Below are positions 36,893 to 44,987 of a stretch of 64,000 bases of DNA, piece after piece. A model generated the notes under the pieces. That model was not told the DNA's origin and did no database searches. It worked only from the letters and a program-made list of their open reading frames with translations. Made by a program: the position numbers and the translations under genes. How positions within the stretch are numbered: the stretch's first letter is position 1; every line of letters begins with the position of its first letter. This DNA is from a bacterium (GTDB taxonomy: Bacteria; Desulfobacterota; DSWW01): NCBI GenBank assembly GCA_040756235.1, contig JBFLZG010000065.1:1-64000 (forward strand), in the 5' to 3' direction.

Positions 36893-37138
36893 AGAGGCTG
36901 ATGAGAAATGGCCAGATGCAAGGCGCGCGAAAATTCCGCAGGACAACGGAATTGGACGCATCATCCGCCAGGATGATGCGCCCGCAGGGCGAGGGCCATG
37001 GACGGCCCGAGTCAAATCCTGAGGAATGAGGCGTAGTCGGGAATCACAGTGGACCCCGGCCTGCGCCGGGGCAGGCTGCCCCGGGCCTCCACGCCCCATA
37101 AGCGCAACGCCGCAGATGGCCGTTTATCGACAGCCTCT
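36893..37138. mobile_element. MITE-like family A, long copy with two internal insertions
   Basis: TIRs AGAGGCTG...CAGCCTCT and shared core; nested inside a CCCCCCCTTT...AAAGGGGGGG palindrome. Confidence 0.75.
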
Positions 37139-37189
37139 GAAAAAGGGGGGGGTCAGGGGGGATTTAAGAGCCCAGCACGTCTCGCGGGC

Positions 37190-37633
37190 TCAATGCAGGT
37201 AGAGGACGGTCTTTCGCTCCTCCTCGGCCACGGCGATGTCGAGCTGCTCGCGCACCCCCTCGATCTTGCGCCGCGCGGAGCTGAGCTTGGCAATCGTGAT
37301 GTCCCTGCCTAGGAAGTCCAGATAGGCGGCCAGGATCAGCTCGCCCCTTGCGTCCATTTCCACGAACCGGAGACCCTGCCGGATGAAGGGTCTCGGCTCT
37401 CGCTCCCGGATCGGGGCTGTCCAGACGATCTTCGCCGTGACCGATAGAGCGGCGTACCTGCCGGGCAGGGGCAACTGGAAGCGGACCACGGTCCCGGTCT
37501 CACCCAGCCCGCCCGGGGTTTCCAGGGCGCAGCCGGAGGCCGAGACATCGAGGATCCGCAGCTCCGTGGGATCCGGGATGCCATAGGAGGCCCAAGACCT
37601 CACCGGAAAACGCTGGTCCTTGCGCCGCTCCAT
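37190..37633 (-). CDS. PilZ-domain (c-di-GMP receptor) protein
   Basis: ERRKDQR (RxxxR), DVSASG (D/NxSxxG) and GLRF. Confidence 0.85.
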   Translation of the reverse strand: MERRKDQRFPVRSWASYGIPDPTELRILDVSASGCALETPGGLGETGTVVRFQLPLPGRYAALSVTAKIVWTAPIREREPRPFIRQGLRFVEMDARGELILAAYLDFLGRDITIAKLSSARRKIEGVREQLDIAVAEEERKTVLYLH

Positions 37634-37695
37634 CGATTCCCCCCTTGTTTGCGGTTCATCCGAATGGTGCACCCGGGGTCACCGAGGCAAGGGGT

Positions 37696-37711
37696 ATCAA
37701 AAACCGTGCCA
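37696..37711 (-). promoter_or_regulatory. sigma54-like promoter, TTGA variant
   Basis: TGGCACGGTTTTTGAT: perfect -24 box, -12 box GA instead of GC; about 60 bp upstream of PilZ. Confidence 0.5.
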
Positions 37712-37895
37712 GGGAACGCTGCGCGACTCCGGCGCCCAGGCTCCCCGCTTTTCATCAAGCAGTCAAAGGCCTTTCGGGCCATACGCCGCCTGCCGGAGGA
37801 AGCAGCCCCCTCGCCCCTGGGGCTCGAACACCGCCGCCGGCCACACGAACCTGCCCACATTGTCCAAACATTTTCCCACACGCCCCAAACCGCCG

Positions 37896-39038
37896 CTACG
37901 GGGACTGCTGAAGCCGGAGGGTAGACTCGATCTCGCGGCGAAGCCGTACGAGCTCTCGGTCTTCCGGGTCCGACTCGAGGAGCCGGCCGGCCTCACGCAG
38001 CGCTTCTTCGGGCCGCCCCAGGCCGGCGTAGGCCCGCACCTGCCAGGTGCGGTAGACTCTTTCGCGCAACGGGTATTTTTCGAGTCCCAGCCGACACGTA
38101 TCCAGGACCGCCGCCCAGTCGTTGCGAGCCGCCTGGGCCCTGCAGAGCAGGTCGAAGGGATCCAGGTCGAGCTGCGCGAGAAGCCCTGAAGTCCTCCTGT
38201 CCCTGACGTCGAACAGGCGCACGAGCTCCGCCGCTTCGGTCTGCAACTCGCCGACGTAGACATCCGGGGATTCCGCACAGAGGCCCAGCAGCAGAGCGCG
38301 AACGGGAAGAAGATCGGGACGGCTGTCCAGCAGCTTGCGCAGGCTCCCGACCGCGGTCTCGAGCGACACGAGCCGGGCGAGGTACTGCCCTCTCGCTTCC
38401 TGCGCGCAGCGGACCAGCCATTCCGTCTCGACCCGAGCGCCGATCTCGTCCGCGATCCGCCGCAGGGTTTGCGGGATCTCCTCCTCGCTCGCCGCTTCCT
38501 GCGCATCTGTGAACATGACCCCGGGAGGCGAGGCCGCGTCCAGGACCTCCACGGCGATGCTTCTCATCGATCCGGTAGAGAGGACCTTCCCCCAGACGTA
38601 GAGGTCGGCGGGGGAAGCGGCCCTGGCCCGGAGCAGCCATTTCTCCCGAAGATCGAAATAGACCTGGCCCTGGCCCGTACCCTTGTTGTCCGCCCAATCG
38701 GCCTTCCAGCCCCAGGGCGCGGCTTCATAGCTCCCCTCGAGCCGGGTCCCGGTCGAGCTCACCTCGAGGTGCGGGTCGCGTCTCAGACACGCTGCGAGCA
38801 AGGGCGCCAGATCTTCCGGTACCTCTTCCGAGGTCCGCAGGAAGATCGGCAGGACGCAAACCCTGACTTTGACTGCAGGGCAGATATCGGACGCTGCCTG
38901 GCTCCCTGCCGACGGCACGATCCACTCATCGACCGGTCCCGCGGCCAGCGAGCAGAGGACGCCGAACACCGCGGCCGCCAGCGCACCGGCCCGCCGGAAG
39001 CGTCTGCGCGCAGCGTGGCCAATCCTTGCGTCTTCCAT
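37896..39038 (-). CDS. Exported protein with C-terminal TPR-like repeats
   Basis: Signal-like RRRFRRAGALAAAVFGVLCSLAAG; TPR-like AYAGLGRPEEAL...LLESDPED. Confidence 0.65.
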   Translation of the reverse strand: MEDARIGHAARRRFRRAGALAAAVFGVLCSLAAGPVDEWIVPSAGSQAASDICPAVKVRVCVLPIFLRTSEEVPEDLAPLLAACLRRDPHLEVSSTGTRLEGSYEAAPWGWKADWADNKGTGQGQVYFDLREKWLLRARAASPADLYVWGKVLSTGSMRSIAVEVLDAASPPGVMFTDAQEAASEEEIPQTLRRIADEIGARVETEWLVRCAQEARGQYLARLVSLETAVGSLRKLLDSRPDLLPVRALLLGLCAESPDVYVGELQTEAAELVRLFDVRDRRTSGLLAQLDLDPFDLLCRAQAARNDWAAVLDTCRLGLEKYPLRERVYRTWQVRAYAGLGRPEEALREAGRLLESDPEDRELVRLRREIESTLRLQQSP

Positions 39039-39079
39039 GGAGTGTCCCTCGAGACCCTCAGCAGGTGAGCCGTGTGGGC

Positions 39080-39450
39080 GCACTCGGCAGGCCGGACCAA
39101 GCCGCAGGCGTGTCCACCAACCACGGCTCAAGACTGAGCGCGATGGCTGCCCCGCCTCGATCGTCTCGGGCTCAGAACGCTCCGGCCCTTCTCCTCCCAT
39201 GGGTCGGAGACTGCGGCCCACCGGGCAGCTCACCTTTTTCGTCCCTCGCTTCGGGCCGGGTGCATCGGGGCACACCGCCTGCCGGGCGCGGTATCGGGAA
39301 ACAACGCTGCGTTCCACCGGCCTGTCGGAGCTCGGGACGGCCTTCGCGACTCGCCCTCGTTTCCTCGCGCGGGACACCCACCGCACTCATGGCAGCACTC
39401 GGTGGGCCGGACCAAGCCGCAGGCGTGTCCACCAACCACGGCTCAAGACT
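39080..39450. mobile_element. Family B element copy 2 (39136-39388) flanked by 56-bp direct repeats (39080-39135, 39395-39450)
   Basis: TIR GAGCGCGATGGCTGCCCCGC / GCGGGACACCCACCGCACTC (16/20); the flanking repeats differ at two positions. Confidence 0.7.
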
Positions 39451-39528
39451 TGCGGGTCGCCGCGTCGCACTCGATAGCAGGGCCCGAAGAATACGCCACC
39501 GCATTTGTGAGCCAGCGTGATGAGCTTC

Positions 39529-39642
39529 GGGCGCAGCAAGCAGCGCCCCTACAGAGGGTGGCCCGGTGATCGCCGCTGTGCGCGCGCGAGCTTCGGGGGT
39601 GAGGACCGCCACGCCCGCGGGCGACGCATGCGTCGCCCCTGC
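39529..39642. repeat. Two GTAG-type REP hairpins
   Basis: GGGCGCAGCAAGCAGCGCCCCTAC (39529-39552) and GCGGGCGACGCATGCGTCGCCCCTGC (39617-39642). Confidence 0.65.
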
Positions 39643-39677
39643 AATGCCGCGGGCGCGCGCGGCCGCGGCCTCTTTCC

Positions 39678-40100
39678 TCAGGGCGCCGCTTCTCCCTGCG
39701 AAGCGCCGTAGACGCCCTCCATCATTCCCTTCCAGGACCGGAGCTTCTGTGCGATCTCGTACTCCAGCATGTCGGCCAGATAGATCCAGTCGTTGTTCTG
39801 CTGGGCCTCCAGAGCCGTCTTCAGAAGCTCCGACATCTGGCTGCACTCCGTCTCCAGCTCTTCCTGCCATCTCCTGCCCTCGGCGCCGGACAGGATGTTG
39901 CTCCGCTCGACTCCCACGAGGAAGCTCGTCATTTCGGAGAATTCCCCGAGAATCCGGCCGAGCAGCTCGTTGCCCTGCCCGATCTCTCCGGCCCTCAGGT
40001 AGTCGGCGCTTTGGAGCACGAATCCGGACAGGGACTCGAAGGCCTGGCCCACCTGTCTGGACGCGTCCAGGATGGCGCTGCGAAGCTCCTGGTCTTGCAT
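39678..40100 (-). CDS. Small all-helical hypothetical protein of the flagellin-modification locus
   Basis: 140 aa, AGAGGAGG SD, C-terminal AQQNNDWIYLADMLEYE motif. Confidence 0.75.
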   Translation of the reverse strand: MQDQELRSAILDASRQVGQAFESLSGFVLQSADYLRAGEIGQGNELLGRILGEFSEMTSFLVGVERSNILSGAEGRRWQEELETECSQMSELLKTALEAQQNNDWIYLADMLEYEIAQKLRSWKGMMEGVYGASQGEAAP

Positions 40101-41710
40101 GACCCTTTCCCTCCTCTGGTGTCCTCGATTGCGGCCGGTTCACTCAATCGTTCCCACATCCCCCGGTACAACTCCCGGGTCTCCCCGAGAAACGCGAGCG
40201 GCGTCTGAGACCGCATGGCCTCCCTGCGCAGGAGCAGGTAATGCACGAACGGCGCGAGCTCCGAGCCCGCGAGGCTCGCTCCCCGCAGGTCGCGCTCCAC
40301 CTGCCTCAGGTTCTCGCAATAGACCCGAATCCGGTCCGGCTCGGGCTGCCGGGCTGTCGAGGCTGCGGCGATCTTGTCGAGAAGCTGCGATCCCCTCCGC
40401 AGAAGCGTCCCGAGCAGGGCCAGGCCCGGCTCTGTACGCAGCCCTTGCCCGGCCGACCCCGGCGCACCGGCTGCCGCCGCGGGCAGCGGCTTGCCTTCCA
40501 GCAGGGAGAGCCAGATCCGCTTGTGGAGCCCGATCCGCTCCTCCTCTTCCCCGGCCGGCCCGCAGGGAGTGAACTCGCACAGCCCCTCCTGGTCGAAGCC
40601 GGATCGATAACACGCCACGCTCGCAGGCAGCCCGTCCGGCAGCACCCGGCCGAAGCGGAGCATCTGCAGGGCCGCGCCGTAGACCAGCTCCGCGCGCACC
40701 GTCTCCTTGCACACCGGCTTCTGGCAGGAGGCGTCGAAGGGACAGGGCGCGCATGGAACGGCGGCCTGGAGCACGGCGTGGCCCTCTCCGTACGGCCCCG
40801 TCTCGCGGAAGAAGACGGGCCCCACCGAGACCACGAGCACCGGTGTGGCGACCGCGGTGGCCACGTGGAGCGTGCCCGTGTCGTTGGTGACGAGCAGCCG
40901 GCACGCCTGCAGGCAGGCCGCGAGGCTGCCGAGATCGGTGCGGCCCGCCAGGTTCACCGCTTCCGGCACGCCGGCCGCGACGCGCGCGCACTGCGGGGCC
41001 TCGGCCGCGACCCCGAAGACCAGGACCCGGGCTCCGAGCCCTTGCGACAGGGCCCGGCCCAGGCGGATGAACTCTCTCTCGCTCCAGCACTTCTCCTTCT
41101 GGCTTGCAGACACCTGGAGCCCGATCAACACGTCCTTCTCCGGCCGCACGCCGCAGCCGGCGAGCAGCTGCCGTCCTCGCTCCGCGTCCTCCGCGCCCAG
41201 CCTGAGGTGCAGCGTCCTGGCCCCGTCCAGGCCCAGCGACCTCCGCCAGATGTCCACCAGATGGAAGGGGTTCGCCCTCCTGTTGGACATCACCGCGACG
41301 AGGTACGCCGCCCAGGGGTCCTGGGGCAGCCAGGTGCCATCCTCCTCGAGCCCCATGCCGAGCCGGGACCGCGCCCGGAAGAGCGAGGCCAGAGAAGCGG
41401 CGGAGCGGGAAGGGGTGAGATTGAAGACCAGATCGTAGGGGCCGTCCCGATTCACGGAGGAAACATACTCCTGAAGAAAGGCGCAGGCCTCCGCGGTCCC
41501 GCGGCCGTCCCCCGCCCGGCTCCCGAAGTCGCGCAGCGGAAAGGGATGGAGCCGGTCCGCGTCCATTCTGGACGCGACCTCGCGGAAGGCCTCGTTGTAG
41601 ACGAGATCGATCCGCGCCTCGGGGCTGCGGCGTCTCAGCGCCTCGATGAGGGGAGTCGTCTGGATGAGGTCCCCCATCCTCATGAGGTTCAGGAGCAGGA
41701 CCTTCTGCAT
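39995..41710 (-). CDS. GT9 (heptosyltransferase-like) glycosyltransferase
   Basis: LLLNLMRMGDLIQTTP, NLAGRTDL, LVTNDTGTLHVA, ETGPYG and CAPC...C; real start ATG 41710. Confidence 0.88.
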   Translation of the reverse strand: MQKVLLLNLMRMGDLIQTTPLIEALRRRSPEARIDLVYNEAFREVASRMDADRLHPFPLRDFGSRAGDGRGTAEACAFLQEYVSSVNRDGPYDLVFNLTPSRSAASLASLFRARSRLGMGLEEDGTWLPQDPWAAYLVAVMSNRRANPFHLVDIWRRSLGLDGARTLHLRLGAEDAERGRQLLAGCGVRPEKDVLIGLQVSASQKEKCWSEREFIRLGRALSQGLGARVLVFGVAAEAPQCARVAAGVPEAVNLAGRTDLGSLAACLQACRLLVTNDTGTLHVATAVATPVLVVSVGPVFFRETGPYGEGHAVLQAAVPCAPCPFDASCQKPVCKETVRAELVYGAALQMLRFGRVLPDGLPASVACYRSGFDQEGLCEFTPCGPAGEEEERIGLHKRIWLSLLEGKPLPAAAAGAPGSAGQGLRTEPGLALLGTLLRRGSQLLDKIAAASTARQPEPDRIRVYCENLRQVERDLRGASLAGSELAPFVHYLLLRREAMRSQTPLAFLGETRELYRGMWERLSEPAAIEDTRGGKGSCKTRSFAAPSWTRPDRWARPSSPCPDSCSKAPTT

Positions 41711-43500
41711 GTCGCTTCCTCTTTGAACGCCGCCAGGGTCAGGAAGACCCGGTCCACGTCGTCGAGCCTCGGTTTCTTGCGGATGGATTCCACGATCCCG
41801 TCCAGGTCGAGCGGCTGATCCGCCGGAAAGCCGCCGAAGTAGGCCTTCAGCTCGGGCGATTGCGCCTCCTCGATCCATTGCGCGGCGGTCCTGCCCTCTG
41901 ACTTCGCGCGCAGCCCGCGCGCGTAGAGCACGCCGAGCAACTCCTGCATCCGCAGGGCATAGGTGTGTTCCCGGAGGACCCGTGCGCGGCCCTCGAGGGC
42001 TCGTTGGCTCCGGTACGCGTCCTGGTCGAGGGCGTAATCGATCTTCGCCTTGAGGTCGTCCAGATCGCCGTAGCAGACCATCTCCTCCTCGGAGAACAGC
42101 TCTCCGAGCAGACTCCTGCGGTCGACCAGTTGAAAGGCCCCGCACGACGCGATCTCGAACGTCCTCGGATTCACGAAATCCCCGTGGGGATCGATCCCCT
42201 CGTGATGGGTGGACGAGTGGATGTTCAGGTTCACCCGCGTGGCGTTGAAGACCTTGACCGTCTCCTGCGCGCTCAGGCGCCTGCCGTTCTCCTGGATCCG
42301 CTCCCCGAGAGGCCAGGCGACTCCGCCCCACCCGTCTCCCCAGACCTTCAGATCGCCTCTTCCCAGCCGGGCCAGCAGCCGGCGCCGGTTCGGGTAGCCG
42401 GCGCCCAGGAACGAGACCCGGGCGCCGTACCGGGCGCGCTCCTCTTCCGACAGCTTCTCCGGTGCGTGCAGGGACGGAAGCGCAGCCATCGGCAGATAAT
42501 GGACGCACCGCGCTCCTGAAGAAAGGACGTCTTTGCGCGCCGCGCGCTGGATCATGAAAAAAGCGTCCGTCAGAGGAGCCACGCGGCTCCAGTAGGTCAT
42601 CCTGCGGGCGTCTTCCACGAACCAGTACGCGACCGGGATCCCCCGTTCGCGGAACGCTCCGAGGCTCTCCTCCCTGAGGGGCGCCTGGGCCAGCGCCAGG
42701 ACGAGGTCCGCGCGGCAGTCGAGCACCCGCTGCTCGGCGAAGCGCGACAGCACCTTTTCGAATTCGACCAGCAGCCCGCGATCCGGATCGCATTCGAGGA
42801 GCTTCTGGTAGCCGGGGTTGAAATCGGCCAGGTCGACGAACTCGACCACGTGCCCCAGCTCCTCCAGAGCCAGGCGGACGTGGCACGCGACCGGGTAGGA
42901 GCCGCCGTACACCGGGCCGATCAGCGCGATGCGCAGAGCCTTGCCCCCGTGGACCCGGTACCAGGCGTGAGCCTGGAGAGCTTCGAGGTAGCGCTCGTGC
43001 GCCTGGGCCGAGGGCGGATGCACGAGGAGGCGGTCCTCCGCCTCTGCGCCCGGAAGGAGGCCGGCGGCCCGGGCCGGAGGCTCCCCGCACACGATTCGAG
43101 CCCGGCGCAGGAGATCGGCGACCTCCAGGTCCTCGAGCGCGGCCCTCAGGAACCTCGCGTCCGGCTCCACCACGACCAGGGTCGCGCCTGCGAGCGCCGG
43201 CGCCTGGAGCAGGGCGGACAGATGGTGCGCGCTGCCGAACCCGAACACGGCGACGGCGCCGGGCATGTCCCCGGTGGCGCCGGCGGCCGGCCGCGCGCGC
43301 CACTGCGCGGCCAGGCGCGCCGCTTCCGCAGCAGGGTCCTTGAGCGAATGCAGCAGCCTTCCCTTGTAGCGGTGGACCGGCAGCCCCGCGGAAGACCGGT
43401 GCAGATCGGTTTCCGCGGAGCGCGCGACCCCCTCAAGGGAGCGCGCCAGCTCCGGCTGCCGTTCTTTCAAAGCGGACAGGTTCCTGCGCAGCGTCTCCAT
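41689..43500 (-). CDS. CgeB/DUF3880-like glycosyltransferase with N-terminal Maf-like domain
   Basis: LRRNLSALKE, LLHSLKDPAAEA, FGFGSAHH; YWFVED, FLGAGYPNRR, VNPRTFEIASCGAFQLVD and HTYALR. Confidence 0.87.
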   Translation of the reverse strand: METLRRNLSALKERQPELARSLEGVARSAETDLHRSSAGLPVHRYKGRLLHSLKDPAAEAARLAAQWRARPAAGATGDMPGAVAVFGFGSAHHLSALLQAPALAGATLVVVEPDARFLRAALEDLEVADLLRRARIVCGEPPARAAGLLPGAEAEDRLLVHPPSAQAHERYLEALQAHAWYRVHGGKALRIALIGPVYGGSYPVACHVRLALEELGHVVEFVDLADFNPGYQKLLECDPDRGLLVEFEKVLSRFAEQRVLDCRADLVLALAQAPLREESLGAFRERGIPVAYWFVEDARRMTYWSRVAPLTDAFFMIQRAARKDVLSSGARCVHYLPMAALPSLHAPEKLSEEERARYGARVSFLGAGYPNRRRLLARLGRGDLKVWGDGWGGVAWPLGERIQENGRRLSAQETVKVFNATRVNLNIHSSTHHEGIDPHGDFVNPRTFEIASCGAFQLVDRRSLLGELFSEEEMVCYGDLDDLKAKIDYALDQDAYRSQRALEGRARVLREHTYALRMQELLGVLYARGLRAKSEGRTAAQWIEEAQSPELKAYFGGFPADQPLDLDGIVESIRKKPRLDDVDRVFLTLAAFKEEATCRRSCS

Positions 43501-44863
43501 CGAGCATCTCTCCGAGTCTTCTACAACCTTTCTGCAGGGCGGTCTCCAGGCGTTCCCGCTCCTCTTGCGGCGTCCCGGCCGGAACGGCGCGCTCCCGCGC
43601 GGCGCCGCCCGGCATCTGCTCGCGCCCTTCCAGACGGTAAGCCGACAGCAGGGTCCGCAGGGCGAGCTCCATGGACGGGAACCGGGAAGGCATCCCCACC
43701 CACTCCCCGAGAGCCCCCCAGTGCAGGTACGCGAGGATCTCTTCCCGTGAAGGGGCGCTCCGGCTCACGGGGCGAAAGTGCATCCATCCCTCGATCCACT
43801 CGGACCGATAGGCACGAACGCCCGCGCCCTCGGGGAACGGCTCCGCCCTCAACAAACGCCGCACCGCATCTGCCCGAACGCTCGGGCCGCAGGCCGGCGA
43901 GGAACAGGGCTCGGTCTCCCTGCACGGAGCGCAGGGAGGCTCGGCCTGGACGACGGTGTGGCCGGCACCGTACGGCCCGGTCTCGAAGAGCCACGCCGGG
44001 CCGAAGTAGATCGCCAGGCTCGGCACGCCGAGCCAGGCCGCCAGGTGCAGGGTCCCGGTGTCTCCGGAAATCAGGAGATCGCACTCCCGCAGCACCCGGA
44101 CGAGGTCCGCGAGCGACGTCTTCCCCGCCAGGACCTCGACCGATGCCCCGCCTCCGGATCGCTCCCGGATCGCTTCCGCGCCCGCCCGCTCTCCTGCGTC
44201 TCCGAGGACCACGACCCGCGCGTCGTGGTCCTCGAGCAATCCCCTCGCCACCTCGGCGAACGCTTCAGGAGGCCAGGTCCGCTTGGCCGAGCGCGTGCCC
44301 GGCTGCAAGCCCACGAGGCCGCCGGAAGCGAGCCGGCCCGGGCTTGCCGCGCGGGTCTCCGGCCGCGAGCAGCGCCCGTTCGGCTGCGCGTGCCGGCGGA
44401 ACATGTCCGTGAGGTGGAACCGGTTCCAGCGCCGGTTCGTCCGGATCACACGCGAGAACGCCGCCAGCCAGGGCGCCCCGCAAGCCGCACCCTCTCCCGG
44501 ACCGAACCCCTCGAGGCGGCTGGCGCGCCGGAAGAGGGCCGCAACCGAAGCAGGCAGGCGGCCGAAGTTCAGGTTGATCGCCCGGTCGAAGCGGGTTTGC
44601 AGCGGCTCGCCGAGCTCCCGCGCCAGGGACTCCCAGAGAGAGACCCAGGATGCGCCGCCGTCCCGAAATCCCCGGAGGTAGCGTTCCATGTCCAGGGTGA
44701 AGACGCGCTCCAGCCACGGGGCCAGCTGCGCGCAGATTCCGGCGCACCTCGCGTCCACGAGCAGAGAAACCGCGTGCCCTTCTTCGTGCAGGTCCCTGCA
44801 CAGGAACAGGCTCTGGGCGAGATCGCCCATGCGAGCCAGCTGGATCACAAGGATACGTTCCAC
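43433..44863 (-). CDS. GT9 (heptosyltransferase-like) glycosyltransferase
   Basis: GTG start; ILVIQLARMGDL, LAGKTSL, ISGDTGTLHLAA, ETGPYG and CAPC. Confidence 0.87.
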   Translation of the reverse strand: MERILVIQLARMGDLAQSLFLCRDLHEEGHAVSLLVDARCAGICAQLAPWLERVFTLDMERYLRGFRDGGASWVSLWESLARELGEPLQTRFDRAINLNFGRLPASVAALFRRASRLEGFGPGEGAACGAPWLAAFSRVIRTNRRWNRFHLTDMFRRHAQPNGRCSRPETRAASPGRLASGGLVGLQPGTRSAKRTWPPEAFAEVARGLLEDHDARVVVLGDAGERAGAEAIRERSGGGASVEVLAGKTSLADLVRVLRECDLLISGDTGTLHLAAWLGVPSLAIYFGPAWLFETGPYGAGHTVVQAEPPCAPCRETEPCSSPACGPSVRADAVRRLLRAEPFPEGAGVRAYRSEWIEGWMHFRPVSRSAPSREEILAYLHWGALGEWVGMPSRFPSMELALRTLLSAYRLEGREQMPGGAARERAVPAGTPQEERERLETALQKGCRRLGEMLDGDAAQEPVRFERTAAGAGALP

Positions 44864-44903
44864 TGCGCCTCGTAACTGCCGCTGTCTTGGATGCAACCTT
44901 CTC

Positions 44904-44944
44904 GATCCCGGCTGACACGCGCTCCGCGTGGGGCCGGGATGACG
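44904..44944. repeat. CGTC-type REP hairpin
   Basis: GATCCCGGC...GCCGGGATGACG. Confidence 0.6.
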
Positions 44945-44987
44945 AAAATGCCGCAGCCTCCTGTGCCGCAAGGGCGGACGTTTCACT

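Noticed and set aside
39080..39450. Possible CRISPR array
   Set aside because: Only two 56-bp repeats separated by about 260 bp; no cas genes.
39995..43303. 1102-aa ORF as a single fused protein
   Set aside because: The upstream half is an alternative frame over the CgeB-like gene; GT9 similarity starts at ATG 41710.
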